Shown here piece by piece: positions 10,297-20,526 of a DNA stretch of 64,000 bases. Position numbers and translations under genes: made by a program. Numbering within the stretch: position 1 is the stretch's first letter; each line of letters opens with the position of its first letter. The DNA comes from a virus (taxonomy: Duplodnaviria > Heunggongvirae > Uroviricota > Caudoviricetes), in the IMG/VR virus record IMGVR_UViG_3300032093_000003; one strand, written 5' to 3'. A model generated the notes under the pieces. The model searched no databases. It worked only from the letters and a program-made list of their open reading frames with translations, and was not told the DNA's origin.

Positions 10297-10818
10297 TTAT
10301 AAATCTAAACCACCTTTATCTAATTTTTCAAAATTTTCTAAATCCCCAAAGTTTGGGTCTGATTTTATTTTTTCTTGTTTTGATAGTTTCATTTGATCCA
10401 ATCTATGTGCATTCATATGGTTTTTAACAATGTAATAAATAATTTCTGGATCTCCACCTTTTTCAACAATCCAATCAGAATATTTTTTTACTAATTCAGC
10501 AGACACATCTTCATGACCATATGCAGTTGGAAAACCGGTTTTAGGGTTTATAGAATGAGTTTCATCCTTACCAATGTCATGAAACAATGCGGCTAAAATT
10601 ATGTTCATGTTATTTGGGTAATTCTTAATTGCTCTTTTAACTACCATTATAACATGTTTTAACGTATTGCCTTCGGGATGATAATCAGGTCTTTGTGGTA
10701 CTTTCCACAGACCAAAAAAACGATTTTTTATGTCGTCAGGTAACGAATAAATCAATTTTTTTGCATCAACATCACTTTTTATTTCTTCAAACTGTGATTC
10801 TGTTATTATAATTTTCAT
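10297..10818 (-). CDS. HD-domain phosphohydrolase of the type fused to CCA enzymes
   Basis: QRPDYHPEGNTLKH and AALFHDIGK motifs. Confidence 0.8.
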   Translation of the reverse strand: MKIIITESQFEEIKSDVDAKKLIYSLPDDIKNRFFGLWKVPQRPDYHPEGNTLKHVIMVVKRAIKNYPNNMNIILAALFHDIGKDETHSINPKTGFPTAYGHEDVSAELVKKYSDWIVEKGGDPEIIYYIVKNHMNAHRLDQMKLSKQEKIKSDPNFGDLENFEKLDKGGLDL

Positions 10819-10826
10819 ACCAATAA

Positions 10827-12005
10827 TTATATTATTTTTTTGAAATTATCTAATTCAATTTTATTTATCATATCACCCACTTCTTTACCCGGTTTTAAAT
10901 TCATTTTTTTCATAACATCATCTCCACTAACGGTTAAATTAAAATTAACAAAGGCATTTAATAACTTTTTATCAATACCCTCTAAATTACCAAAAGTCAT
11001 TATTTGATCGTCAGATAAATTTGTGTTTTTTTGTATTCTTTTTAATTGAATTACATTATCTAATGACATATTTTTTAAATTAATTAAGAAAGTAATGTCC
11101 TTTATCTCATCAACACTATATTTTAGATTATTCAATTTTTTTCCGATTGTAGATAGATCATTGTTTTTTAATAATCTTGATATAACTAAAATCGGATCTT
11201 TAATTTCTATAAAATCTTTTGACACAGATAAACCTCTGAATATTGAATCAAATAAATTATACTTATCAATCAATTGTAAAAAATGTATTGTTGATTTAGA
11301 TGATATAATTCCCTTTATAAATTCATCTCTAATCCTTTCTCCCGATATACCATCTATACTTGAATTTCTCTGTAATGATTGATCAACATTATTATCTAAA
11401 TCTGAACCGAACCTACCAGCAAATCTAATTGCTCTAAGTATTCTTAATCTATCTTCATTAAATCTATCGTCAGGGTTACCAACAGTTCTAACAATATCGT
11501 TTTTTAAATCCTCAACACCGCCAACTAAATCAACAACTTCACCTGTGTCAATATCATAATAAAGAGCATTTATTGTGAAATCCCTTCTTTTCGCATCTGT
11601 TTCAATATCTGTAAATTCAACTTTATCTGGTCTTCTTTTATCTGACTCTGAATAAGATTCAGATCTAAATGTTGCTATTTCATATTCATCGTTATCTGTA
11701 AAAACATTTATAACACCGAACGCCTTTCCCGTCGGTAATGTTTTGTAACCTGAATTATTTAATATTGTTTCAACCTCATCGGGTGTTGCATCCGTGGTCA
11801 AATCATAATCTTTTGGTGTTTTACCCAATACCGCATCTCTAACCGCACCACCAACAACAAATAATTTATAGTTATTTTTTTTGAAAATATCTTTAATTTT
11901 AATAATGTCTTCAGGTATTGATATATTGAATTTTATTCTTTCTTCAACCAATAAATCTGAATACATTATTTTATTTAATTGTGATTCAGTTATAACAATT
12001 TTCAT
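10827..12005 (-). CDS. cca: CCA-adding tRNA nucleotidyltransferase (class II / poly(A) polymerase family)
   Basis: VGGAVRD, DYDLTT, RRDFTINA and EDRLRILRAIRF motifs. Confidence 0.9.
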   Translation of the reverse strand: MKIVITESQLNKIMYSDLLVEERIKFNISIPEDIIKIKDIFKKNNYKLFVVGGAVRDAVLGKTPKDYDLTTDATPDEVETILNNSGYKTLPTGKAFGVINVFTDNDEYEIATFRSESYSESDKRRPDKVEFTDIETDAKRRDFTINALYYDIDTGEVVDLVGGVEDLKNDIVRTVGNPDDRFNEDRLRILRAIRFAGRFGSDLDNNVDQSLQRNSSIDGISGERIRDEFIKGIISSKSTIHFLQLIDKYNLFDSIFRGLSVSKDFIEIKDPILVISRLLKNNDLSTIGKKLNNLKYSVDEIKDITFLINLKNMSLDNVIQLKRIQKNTNLSDDQIMTFGNLEGIDKKLLNAFVNFNLTVSGDDVMKKMNLKPGKEVGDMINKIELDNFKKII

Positions 12006-12043
12006 AATATATAAATATAAGAAACATTAACCCAACTATAAAA

Positions 12044-12051
12044 TATTTATA
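12044..12051 (+). promoter_or_regulatory. TATTTATA motif, putative phage late-type promoter
   Basis: On + before the + ORF at 12065; on - at 9512, 10286, 12010, 17552, 18650 and 20489 before - ORFs. Confidence 0.6.
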
Positions 12052-12064
12052 TAAAAAGGGGTTT

Positions 12065-12433
12065 ATGGAAAATTTATTACCCTTGACATGGTATATTGAA
12101 TCTCCAATAGATTTTGAACATAAGGAATATGTTCTATATTCTTATCTACAAAAAGTCGACCACGATTTCCATAATAAAATGTTATCTCCACACCTTTTAC
12201 ATTTAGAAAAATTAATAGATGAACTATTAAATTTTGATGCGTCTTTTAACATGATCAAAAAAGATTTTGACAAAAATAGATATGTCTTTTTTGAAAATGT
12301 GAAACTGGTGGGTGAAGACGACAAACTTATTTATGAAATAAGAAATATCGTGGAATTTGCAATCCCACAAGTAGAACCACGAATTAAATTGGGTTATTCA
12401 ATCTTAAAAAGGAACAATCAAATATTATATTAA
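12065..12433 (+). CDS. hypothetical protein
   Basis: 122-aa ORF divergent from cca with its own TATTTATA. Confidence 0.75.
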   Translation: MENLLPLTWYIESPIDFEHKEYVLYSYLQKVDHDFHNKMLSPHLLHLEKLIDELLNFDASFNMIKKDFDKNRYVFFENVKLVGEDDKLIYEIRNIVEFAIPQVEPRIKLGYSILKRNNQILY

Positions 12434-12716
12434 AATAACCCTCTATTCCACTGTTTAGGTGGTATCATTTTACCCATCTCACCATACTGAAATAATAAAC
12501 GATTAAAGAATTTAATAATAGTTTTCATACCAATAAATAGAAAACTATTATTTGAAAAGTATGACAACTTTTGCTCTAAAATATGATGGCCAAACTTATT
12601 TTTTTATAAAGATTTTAATACTTTATTATTTTCTTTTATTCTTTTAGATGTCTTTAAAGTAGATTTTCTACTTTTCATCGGTTTTTGTTTTTTCTTTGCT
12701 CTTGCCATGATTTTAT

Positions 12717-13487
12717 CTATTTATTTAAATCAAAATCTTTTATAAATGAATCGTGTGATTTTTCATATGATTTTAACGTTTCATCTTTCTCATTACTTGT
12801 ATATTGCCAATTCCAATATAATTTATCATTTATTTTAAAACCGTAAAATTCATGAATTTTACGTTGTAAATCAATTACATTTGTTCCATTAAAATTTTGT
12901 CCTACACATATCATTCCACCCTCAATATTTTTTAACAAATTTGATTCACCTAAACTAGCGTGTCTATTTTCCAACCATGTTAATCTTTCAATTAAATTTT
13001 GATAAAACATATTTGCGGAACCCCATCTAACCGAACTTAAAAATATAACACAATCAGATTCAAATAATTCTTTACTTATTTTCCAAAGTTCATCTGATTT
13101 ATTATTTATAGACGCCCAACATCTATGATGTCCCGATGGGTTTTTTTCATCATCTTTTAGAACAGATTTTTTAACACCACATGAATTACCATCAGATCTG
13201 GACACATTACCTTCACATGGAAATATTTTTAATTCAGAAACATCTATAAGTTTTACATTATCCAATTCATCGGCCAAATATTCTGCAAGTATCTTTGATT
13301 TAGGTATGTCAATGTTACTTTTATCCCAATTGAATCTGTTCGAACAACTCAATAATAAAACCTTTTTCTTAGTTTTTAACACCTCCACCGTATCTTTTAG
13401 TTTATCTAATCCGTTTTTTCTGACGTTTTCTTCAGATAACATCATTTTACGAATTCGATTAATTTCCTCTTTTAAAATTTTTTCCAT
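12717..13487 (-). CDS. flavodoxin-fold NAD(P)H-dependent FMN reductase / iron-sulfur flavoprotein-like
   Basis: IFPCEGNVS...CG...C cluster; SDCVIFLSSVRWG...NLIERL. Confidence 0.7.
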   Translation of the reverse strand: MEKILKEEINRIRKMMLSEENVRKNGLDKLKDTVEVLKTKKKVLLLSCSNRFNWDKSNIDIPKSKILAEYLADELDNVKLIDVSELKIFPCEGNVSRSDGNSCGVKKSVLKDDEKNPSGHHRCWASINNKSDELWKISKELFESDCVIFLSSVRWGSANMFYQNLIERLTWLENRHASLGESNLLKNIEGGMICVGQNFNGTNVIDLQRKIHEFYGFKINDKLYWNWQYTSNEKDETLKSYEKSHDSFIKDFDLNK

Positions 13488-13508
13488 ATAAATAAATATA
13501 TCAAAATA

Positions 13509-13913
13509 ATGATACTTATTGTTATGGTGTCTCTACTGTTGTTAGTTAAAAATAAAAAATTTTTATTGCTTAAAAGAAGTCCATCCGAGTACAAATATTC
13601 GGGATTTTGGGGATTACCTGGTGGTTCTGTCGAAAAAAATGAAACCCCGACGGATGCTTTAATTAGAGAAATTGGAGAAGAACTTGGTATCAGTATCCCT
13701 AATTTTATATTATTGAATAAATACGATATGGGTAATAATTTAATAAATGTTTATGTTTATAATTCACCCGAATTTGATGAAAATAAAATTATATTAAATG
13801 ATGAACACACCGAATTTAAATTCTTCTCTTATTATGAAATTAATAATATGAAAGATATCATTCCAACAACAATCAATTTTGTAATTGATTATTTATCTAA
13901 TCCAAACCTTTAA
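13509..13913 (+). CDS. NUDIX hydrolase
   Basis: Nudix box GGSVEKNETPTDALIREIGEELG. Confidence 0.85.
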   Translation: MILIVMVSLLLLVKNKKFLLLKRSPSEYKYSGFWGLPGGSVEKNETPTDALIREIGEELGISIPNFILLNKYDMGNNLINVYVYNSPEFDENKIILNDEHTEFKFFSYYEINNMKDIIPTTINFVIDYLSNPNL

Positions 13914-14307
13914 CTTCTTTATCGTACTTTTTAAATCTATTGGGATTTGACATCATTGCACTTTTTGGAAATAAACGTTTTTTACGTGTAAATGCAAAAC
14001 TTCTACTACGTTCATCGATTTCTTCTTCAGAATCCATCATCATTTCGTCCACCGCATTTGTAAATTTATAACACCTATCAGAAATTTTATTTTTATCGTG
14101 ATCAAACATTGTAACAATCACTTCATTGTATTTTACAATCATATCAGGGTGATGATTTTGTTCTTCCGCAATTTCACCTACTTTATTCACGAAATCTAAC
14201 ACATCTTTATAAGAATCAAATTCAAATTTTTTACATAATTTACCTTTCACGACTTTCCAATCGGATTTAAGTTTATTCATTTGAGATTCTGTGATTATTA
14301 TATTCAT
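13897..14307 (-). CDS. phhB: pterin-4-alpha-carbinolamine dehydratase-like protein
   Basis: KKFEFDSY...FVNKVGEIAEEQNHHPD motif. Confidence 0.8.
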   Translation of the reverse strand: MNIIITESQMNKLKSDWKVVKGKLCKKFEFDSYKDVLDFVNKVGEIAEEQNHHPDMIVKYNEVIVTMFDHDKNKISDRCYKFTNAVDEMMMDSEEEIDERSRSFAFTRKKRLFPKSAMMSNPNRFKKYDKEVKGLD

Positions 14308-14337
14308 TCTTTGTTTTTTTCTATTTGATTTCTCCCC

Positions 14338-14835
14338 CTACGCTTGTATATCACTGTAACTAGATTTACTCGTTATAGTTATAAATGATTTTAATCCATC
14401 AACAATATTTCCCCAAGTTAACCCCCATTCACTATCTAATTCTTTAAATAAATCTTGTTTTTTTTGTTTACTGAATAATCTATCAACCGCACAAAATTCA
14501 TTTTTGTTTTTTATTTGTTTTAGTACATTGACGGTATTTGTTGGTTTTGATAAACCTTGTATTTGATTATACAGATTATTAAATAATTGAATATTTCTAT
14601 TATTATTTAAGTTAAGTTGATTGTCACCCATTCTTCTACATTCGGTAAACAAATTAAGAACATCTTTTTTATATTCAATATCACCTGTTGTACCATCATC
14701 AGAGCCAGGTACATTTAATCCGGTATTTGATGGGTCAGCTAAAACATCAGCAAGACCAAGTACAGGTTGTTCTTTTATTGTTAATGATTTAATCACTTTT
14801 TTTAATTGTGATTCTGTTATTATTATTTTTTTCAT
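14338..14835 (-). CDS. hypothetical protein with MKKIIITESQL leader
   Basis: 165-aa ORF. Confidence 0.75.
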   Translation of the reverse strand: MKKIIITESQLKKVIKSLTIKEQPVLGLADVLADPSNTGLNVPGSDDGTTGDIEYKKDVLNLFTECRRMGDNQLNLNNNRNIQLFNNLYNQIQGLSKPTNTVNVLKQIKNKNEFCAVDRLFSKQKKQDLFKELDSEWGLTWGNIVDGLKSFITITSKSSYSDIQA

Positions 14836-14838
14836 ATA

Positions 14839-15486
14839 TTATCTCTTATAATAAGTGTCGTATACATCAGAAGTCAATCCGTAATCAATTAGGACTATTC
14901 TATTATTTCCAACTAACCCATATGATGATAATCTACACAAATCACCCCAAGGTAATTCGTAATTAACCATAAAATCCATCATATTATAAACAAATTCATT
15001 TTCCCATATGTCATTATAATTCTCTGGTTTTGATACAGTGAAACCAAAATCAACTGAAATACTATTACGATATTTTATTATGTGACAATAATTTTCAAAT
15101 GTAACACCCACAATATTTTTGAAAATTGACGGAGTCACTTTTTTGGCTAATTCCATTTCAACCCATAGGTTGTTTTCATCGTGATCAAATATTTTTGCAA
15201 CAACATCATTCACATAAGAATCATTACCAAAATCAATCTCAGTTTCATTTTGGGCAATACCCTTCTTGTTTTTGGCGAGCTTTAAGACCTTATTGTCATC
15301 GATTTTATACACTATTCTACTACTACCCGAAGATAGTCTTTGGAGATGTTGATTACAATAATTAACTCTGGCAGAAAACGATGTTAATTTTTTAAATTCC
15401 TCAATACTCCAACTAGTTGGATAATCCTCATCCAAGTCTTTTTGTATTAGATTATTATATTGTGATTCAGTTATGATTATTTTCAT
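14839..15486 (-). CDS. protein-kinase-like fold protein
   Basis: GSSRIVY, VLKLAK, QNETE, DL..SSYG and LIDYG resemble kinase subdomains. Confidence 0.6.
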   Translation of the reverse strand: MKIIITESQYNNLIQKDLDEDYPTSWSIEEFKKLTSFSARVNYCNQHLQRLSSGSSRIVYKIDDNKVLKLAKNKKGIAQNETEIDFGNDSYVNDVVAKIFDHDENNLWVEMELAKKVTPSIFKNIVGVTFENYCHIIKYRNSISVDFGFTVSKPENYNDIWENEFVYNMMDFMVNYELPWGDLCRLSSYGLVGNNRIVLIDYGLTSDVYDTYYKR

Positions 15487-15496
15487 ATTAAATTAA

Positions 15497-16084
15497 TTAA
15501 AAGTCCATACCACCCCATTCTTTAGCTCTTACATCATAATCATCTCTATCATCATAATCATCTGGTCCATCATAATCATCGTAATCTCTTTCAATTACAC
15601 CTGATCCACCACAAGAACTACATCTTGATCCATCATACTGTCCTTCGCCAGTTCCATTACAATTAGAACACATATCATCACCATCTTCCTCATCATTATC
15701 GTCTTCGTCCTCATTTTTTTCATCATATAATTCAGGATTCGGAGCGAGCTCAACTTCACTTTCCATATATTCTTTCGGATATAAATCTATTCCTTCTGAT
15801 TTCCAATCAATTAAATAATATGTATCATTTGGATCATCATTTCCCAAATATTTAACCGTCAGATCGTATGAAGGTTGATCTTTTGCCGCCTCCAAATTTG
15901 GGAAAATATTCAAAATCTTACCATAGTAACTTGGATCTTCCGATAACGATACGGGATTCATTACAATGTCTCCAACTTTAAAATTTTTATCACCAGATAC
16001 ATTATCTTCCTGAGATTCATTTTCATTTAATCCCATCATTTTTTTTATACGGGAAACTTGTTCGTTTAAGTTTTGTTTTTTCAT
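15497..16084 (-). CDS. acidic protein with a DnaJ-type CxxCxGxG zinc-finger pair
   Basis: CSNCNGTG and CSSCGGSG. Confidence 0.7.
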   Translation of the reverse strand: MKKQNLNEQVSRIKKMMGLNENESQEDNVSGDKNFKVGDIVMNPVSLSEDPSYYGKILNIFPNLEAAKDQPSYDLTVKYLGNDDPNDTYYLIDWKSEGIDLYPKEYMESEVELAPNPELYDEKNEDEDDNDEEDGDDMCSNCNGTGEGQYDGSRCSSCGGSGVIERDYDDYDGPDDYDDRDDYDVRAKEWGGMDF

Positions 16085-16108
16085 CTTATTTGTTTTTAAT
16101 AAATATTG

Positions 16109-16993
16109 TTAAGGAATCATTATTATTGAGTAATCCCTCGTCCCTCCGTCAAATGTACCATCTTTGATTGATTTAGCACCAGGAAAATCATTTAATATTT
16201 TATCTCTTGATGGGAAGACACCTTTAGTTTTATCGTCTCTAACATTTAGTGCCAATCTTAAATAATTGATTTGTGTTTTACCTGGGCCTATTTTTAAAGA
16301 ATAGTTATTTGTTTTAGTATCCAAAACAACTTGAACATTATTTAAATCAATTGAACTGCCTTTTGATTTTATTTGAATGTCTTTAATAAATTGACTTAAA
16401 TCCGTACTTGTTATATTAACACCACTATTTTGTTGTTGGTTTCCTTGTTGTGTTTGACCGCCACAATCACTTTGATAATCTCTGTGTTTCCATTGTATCC
16501 AATATTCTTCCAATCCTTCGGGTGTTTTTGTTAATTGACTAACATCCAATTCGTTATTTAATACTACATTTTCTTTTTTTCCTGATGGAATATAATTTAA
16601 TATTTCACTTTTTCTTGCATTTAATTCAGGTGTATGATTCCAACCCCCAACATGGGCAAATCCCGTTCTTGCCTCACATTTATCAGAAACACCAACAAAT
16701 GGAATAACAACAGTATAGACAACATTTCCACTACCCATTCCTTTTGTTGTCATTTGTATACCTTTAAAGTCAACTTTGACATATGTTCCTGATCTATATA
16801 ATTCTTTTAATTTTGCTGCAACGTATTGTGTGATCGTGTTAGAATACTTATGTGCAACATCACCCGTATTATCAAACTCAGGTCCAACGTATTTTCCCGA
16901 ACAACCACCCGCACTACATACAGGTGTTTCTGCTTGTTCAATCAATAGACCCATCATCTGTTTTATTCTATATGTTTGTTCTTGTAGGTTCAT
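16109..16993 (-). CDS. hypothetical protein with MNLQEQ leader
   Basis: 294-aa ORF. Confidence 0.75.
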   Translation of the reverse strand: MNLQEQTYRIKQMMGLLIEQAETPVCSAGGCSGKYVGPEFDNTGDVAHKYSNTITQYVAAKLKELYRSGTYVKVDFKGIQMTTKGMGSGNVVYTVVIPFVGVSDKCEARTGFAHVGGWNHTPELNARKSEILNYIPSGKKENVVLNNELDVSQLTKTPEGLEEYWIQWKHRDYQSDCGGQTQQGNQQQNSGVNITSTDLSQFIKDIQIKSKGSSIDLNNVQVVLDTKTNNYSLKIGPGKTQINYLRLALNVRDDKTKGVFPSRDKILNDFPGAKSIKDGTFDGGTRDYSIIMIP

Positions 16994-17010
16994 TTTTAAC
17001 TATATGAAAA

Positions 17011-17535
17011 TTACATTTCAAGATCTTTCATATTCATTTTTTTATCAAATGATGTTTGATTTGTTGGGTTACTATCAATTGCAAATAATTCTTCAAAAAA
17101 TCTTTTTCCTGGTTTAGCGATATTACCTAAATCTATAACACCGAGAGATGATTTAAAATTTTTTAAATTTGGTATCTCATCTTTTCTAGTTGAAAAAATA
17201 TTTTTTATTAATGGATGATCCACTCTATATGATGCAAAATATGCATTATTGATTGATTTCAATAATTCTAATGGTTCATGTTGTGGACTGAAAGTTATTG
17301 TGTAATCTATATTACCATTGTTTTTAACAATGTTAATTGTATACATTGCTCCGTTATATGTTACTTGTAACTTATCTGGTGATACACTAACTTTTCCACC
17401 CCATTCTTTAATCGATTCTAAAAATGAATCCCAGTATCTCGGAGCATTTGTGGTGGATTCCTCTTCTTTAACTAAATTGTACTGTTTTCTGATTTCATTT
17501 CTTTCAGATTCAGTAATTGTAAAACGTTGTCCCAT
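17011..17535 (-). CDS. hypothetical protein with MGQRFTITESE leader
   Basis: 174-aa ORF; TATTTATA at 17552-17559. Confidence 0.75.
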   Translation of the reverse strand: MGQRFTITESERNEIRKQYNLVKEEESTTNAPRYWDSFLESIKEWGGKVSVSPDKLQVTYNGAMYTINIVKNNGNIDYTITFSPQHEPLELLKSINNAYFASYRVDHPLIKNIFSTRKDEIPNLKNFKSSLGVIDLGNIAKPGKRFFEELFAIDSNPTNQTSFDKKMNMKDLEM

Positions 17536-17576
17536 AATATTTTGTTTTTAATATAAATATCTTAAAAAAATGAAAT

Positions 17577-17604
17577 AAAAAAAACCTCCCGGTTCCGGAG
17601 GTTT
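17577..17604 (-). terminator. intrinsic terminator; near copies at 18662-18686 and 20501-20528
   Basis: AAACCTCC/GGAGGTTT stem plus T-tract on the minus strand. Confidence 0.7.
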
Positions 17605-17636
17605 AAAAAATAAAATCGATTAATAATATTAATTTT

Positions 17637-17909
17637 TTAAGAATTTTCAACTTCGATCTCGGTATCTGTTCCCAAATCTTTTTCTCTGGTGATATCCATT
17701 TCCATAAGTTCATCATACAAACTATCTGCCCAACTTTCGGATCCGGGTAATGGTTTCATATCTGAAATGTTTTCCTTAATATATTCAGATATTTCTTCAT
17801 CATCCTTACCCGATAATTCAGGATAATTGTCGGTATCAATTTCTACAGAGTCACGAACAACCATTGTTCGTTGATATTCGATTAGTCTTACATTAATTTT
17901 CTTTCCCAT
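17637..17909 (-). CDS. hypothetical acidic protein without leader
   Basis: 90-aa ORF with its own terminator. Confidence 0.7.
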   Translation of the reverse strand: MGKKINVRLIEYQRTMVVRDSVEIDTDNYPELSGKDDEEISEYIKENISDMKPLPGSESWADSLYDELMEMDITREKDLGTDTEIEVENS

Positions 17910-17957
17910 AAAATGTTTTTTGTAAAATATACAAAAAATAATTTAAATAATAAAATT

Positions 17958-18644
17958 TTACAGTTTTGGTATGTTTTGTGGTTTTTTAACAAACGTTGAT
18001 GATGAGGTATTTTGTGGTTTATCTAAAACATCATTTTTAACAAGTACTTTATTTTGTTTATTTAACGCTTCTTTATTAACATCGTCGTTAATTAAATTCA
18101 ATAAAGATTTTAAGTGATCTCCCTTTGTTAAAAAGGTCATAAATTTATTAAAGTTTTCACGATCATCTTTATTGACAAAATTATCACTGGCCCATTTTAA
18201 AAACCCCGATTTTCCTTGTGAAGTTAAAACGGTAATACCTGATTTATGTATTTTACTTAAAACATTTGCAATATTGGGTTTGATACCCAAAAAATTCATT
18301 GCTCTTACCGTTCTTCCTAATGAAAGTGGACTTGTTAGTAAACCAATTATTCCTTCAGTGTATTTTCCTCTTTTTAAATCTCTATATGCCATCATTGATC
18401 CATAACCTGCCGCCAGAAAACTACCGGCCAAAGGAATTTTCCAAAGTCCAAATTGTACAATTGTATCGATAATTAATGGAAATTCATCTCTTATATCGGC
18501 CAAGGCGCCTATGGGATCATGTGATCTACCGCCAAACATTGCCGGACCACCTAACATTATATTTTGTTCACCAATAATTGATTTAACATTACCTCTTTCG
18601 GACTCCAAAAGATAATAAAATCTATTTTTATATTGATCGTTCAT
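17958..18644 (-). CDS. hypothetical protein with RFYYLLESExGNVKSIIGEQ leader
   Basis: 228-aa ORF; TATTTATA at 18650-18657. Confidence 0.7.
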   Translation of the reverse strand: MNDQYKNRFYYLLESERGNVKSIIGEQNIMLGGPAMFGGRSHDPIGALADIRDEFPLIIDTIVQFGLWKIPLAGSFLAAGYGSMMAYRDLKRGKYTEGIIGLLTSPLSLGRTVRAMNFLGIKPNIANVLSKIHKSGITVLTSQGKSGFLKWASDNFVNKDDRENFNKFMTFLTKGDHLKSLLNLINDDVNKEALNKQNKVLVKNDVLDKPQNTSSSTFVKKPQNIPKL

Positions 18645-18710
18645 ATCATTATAAATATAACAAAAAAACCTCCCGGCGGGAGGTTTTAAAATTTAAATCG
18701 ATTAAATGTG

Positions 18711-19043
18711 TTATCTAATAAAGAAAGATAATACAGATAATCCACCGATTAATAATGGAAACCATGTTTTCTTTCCACCCATAAGTGATAGGTGTAAAGC
18801 CACCGCACCACTCATTACAGATACGATGATTAACAAACCGTAAAGGGATGTTGCGGGGAAAATAAATAACAATACTCCGAGTAATTCTAAGATACCGATA
18901 GGTACTCTGTAGTTTTGGAGTTTCATGAATTGAAAATTCTGAACCGATTCATTTGATTTAATAATTTTGTCTGTACCACTTTTAGATAGGGTCCAAACTG
19001 CGGGGATACTAAGAATCCAACCGATAATTGATAATACTGTCAT
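18711..19043 (-). CDS. DoxX-like membrane protein
   Basis: Four hydrophobic segments; IGILELLGVLLFIFP...GAVALHL. Confidence 0.65.
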   Translation of the reverse strand: MTVLSIIGWILSIPAVWTLSKSGTDKIIKSNESVQNFQFMKLQNYRVPIGILELLGVLLFIFPATSLYGLLIIVSVMSGAVALHLSLMGGKKTWFPLLIGGLSVLSFFIR

Positions 19044-19127
19044 AATATATTTGTTTTATAAAGTACAATATAAACAAAATAATTGAAATAAAAAAAACCC
19101 CTCACATTGGAGGGGTTAATATTTTTT

Positions 19128-20069
19128 TTAGAAATTTATTTTAATAGGTTGACTTGATACAGTGTTTATTAATTGTGATGCCGCCTGTTGATCATTTGCA
19201 ACACTTGCATTTTGTGTGTTGTAATATGTATCTCCGTTCTTGAAAACGTGTTTATTTTGTATATGTGCGTTTGCCCAATTAATTAAAAGATCATTATCTA
19301 AATTAATCATTTTTTGTCGATCCACCCCTTTATATTCTAAATAAACTAACGCCTTTACCCTATCGGTTATTTCAGGTGGTGCTTGTTGTGGTTGAGTTTG
19401 TTGAGTTTGAGTTTGTTGTGGTTTAGTTTGTTGTGTTTGTTGGCCACCCGAAGAGTTTTGACCTTTATATTTACCAAAAACCCATGCGGTGATTTTACCT
19501 CCTTCCCCATGGTAACACCAATGTCCACACTTCCCTTTTTCATTAAAGATATCAGCGTGTCCCGATATTCCCGGCCATTTGGGGTTATTGGTTATGACAA
19601 AAATTCCTTTGTTACCTTTTAGATATTTTTCAATATTTTCTGGAGTGTTATCTATTGAATCAATTGTAGGTTCCCCAAAAGTTCTTGTTAAATAAATTAA
19701 ACTATTTTTAGCACCTGTTGTAATATCTTTACCTTTAGTGGGATACGTAATACCTTTAAACGTCCAATCTTTTTCACTTCTAAATGCACGACCACATTCT
19801 ACACCCATTTTAATTAATGCCAAACATAATCTGGTTGCACATGCATTTTGGAATGTTTGTGGTGATTGTTTATATTGGTTTGGGAATATACCAGGAAAAA
19901 TTTCTTCCTCATCCGCATTAGGAAAATTATTCCATAAGGCATTAAAATCCATACTTGTTACCACATTTTCAGGATTTACTGAAGCCTCGTTTAATACTTT
20001 CCTTGTTACTCCTTCGTATAGACCTCTTATTCTTGTTTTTTCTTCTTCTGTAATTATAAATTTTCCCAT
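19128..20069 (-). CDS. Tae4-like (NlpC/P60 superfamily) peptidoglycan amidase with MGKFIITEEE leader
   Basis: NACATRL (catalytic Cys) and GHADIFN (His); start moved to the ATG at 20069. Confidence 0.65.
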   Translation of the reverse strand: MGKFIITEEEKTRIRGLYEGVTRKVLNEASVNPENVVTSMDFNALWNNFPNADEEEIFPGIFPNQYKQSPQTFQNACATRLCLALIKMGVECGRAFRSEKDWTFKGITYPTKGKDITTGAKNSLIYLTRTFGEPTIDSIDNTPENIEKYLKGNKGIFVITNNPKWPGISGHADIFNEKGKCGHWCYHGEGGKITAWVFGKYKGQNSSGGQQTQQTKPQQTQTQQTQPQQAPPEITDRVKALVYLEYKGVDRQKMINLDNDLLINWANAHIQNKHVFKNGDTYYNTQNASVANDQQAASQLINTVSSQPIKINF

Positions 20070-20082
20070 ATTGAATTTTTTT

Positions 20083-20475
20083 TTAGGTTGGATAATTGGT
20101 TCTAATTTCACTAAAATTATACAAAACCAATTTACCGTTTTCACATTTCCATCTACACAATTGATATTTCATTGATGCAGGAAGTAACCTTGCATTATAT
20201 TTTCCTTCACTGTTAACATAAACATCTGTTTTATATAACGTCACATCTTTACCATTATATTTTCCCGACCAACTATCAGGAACATTACGACCTCCTTTTA
20301 AAGGTGAGTAATGTCCTTTTTCAAATTGAAATCCTTTTAAACAAGATATATCATCTTTTTTAGGTACGATAGTAGGTTTTATAGTTGATGTGTCTCTACC
20401 CATATTTTGTTCACTGATCACATTTTTAATCAAGTCGATCAATTCACTTTCTGTTAATCTAACAACTTTCTTCAT
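20083..20475 (-). CDS. hypothetical protein with MKKVVRLTESEL leader
   Basis: 130-aa ORF; TATTTATA at 20489-20496. Confidence 0.75.
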   Translation of the reverse strand: MKKVVRLTESELIDLIKNVISEQNMGRDTSTIKPTIVPKKDDISCLKGFQFEKGHYSPLKGGRNVPDSWSGKYNGKDVTLYKTDVYVNSEGKYNARLLPASMKYQLCRWKCENGKLVLYNFSEIRTNYPT

Positions 20476-20526
20476 ATTTTATTTTCTATATAAATATAAC
20501 AAAAAAACACTCCCGGTTCCGGAGGT

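Noticed and set aside
15497-16084. DnaJ chaperone
   Set aside because: Only two CxxCxGxG repeats are present; there is no J-domain or HPD motif.
19380-19445. Short tandem repeats in 19128..20069
   Set aside because: They encode a Q/T/P low-complexity linker between domains.
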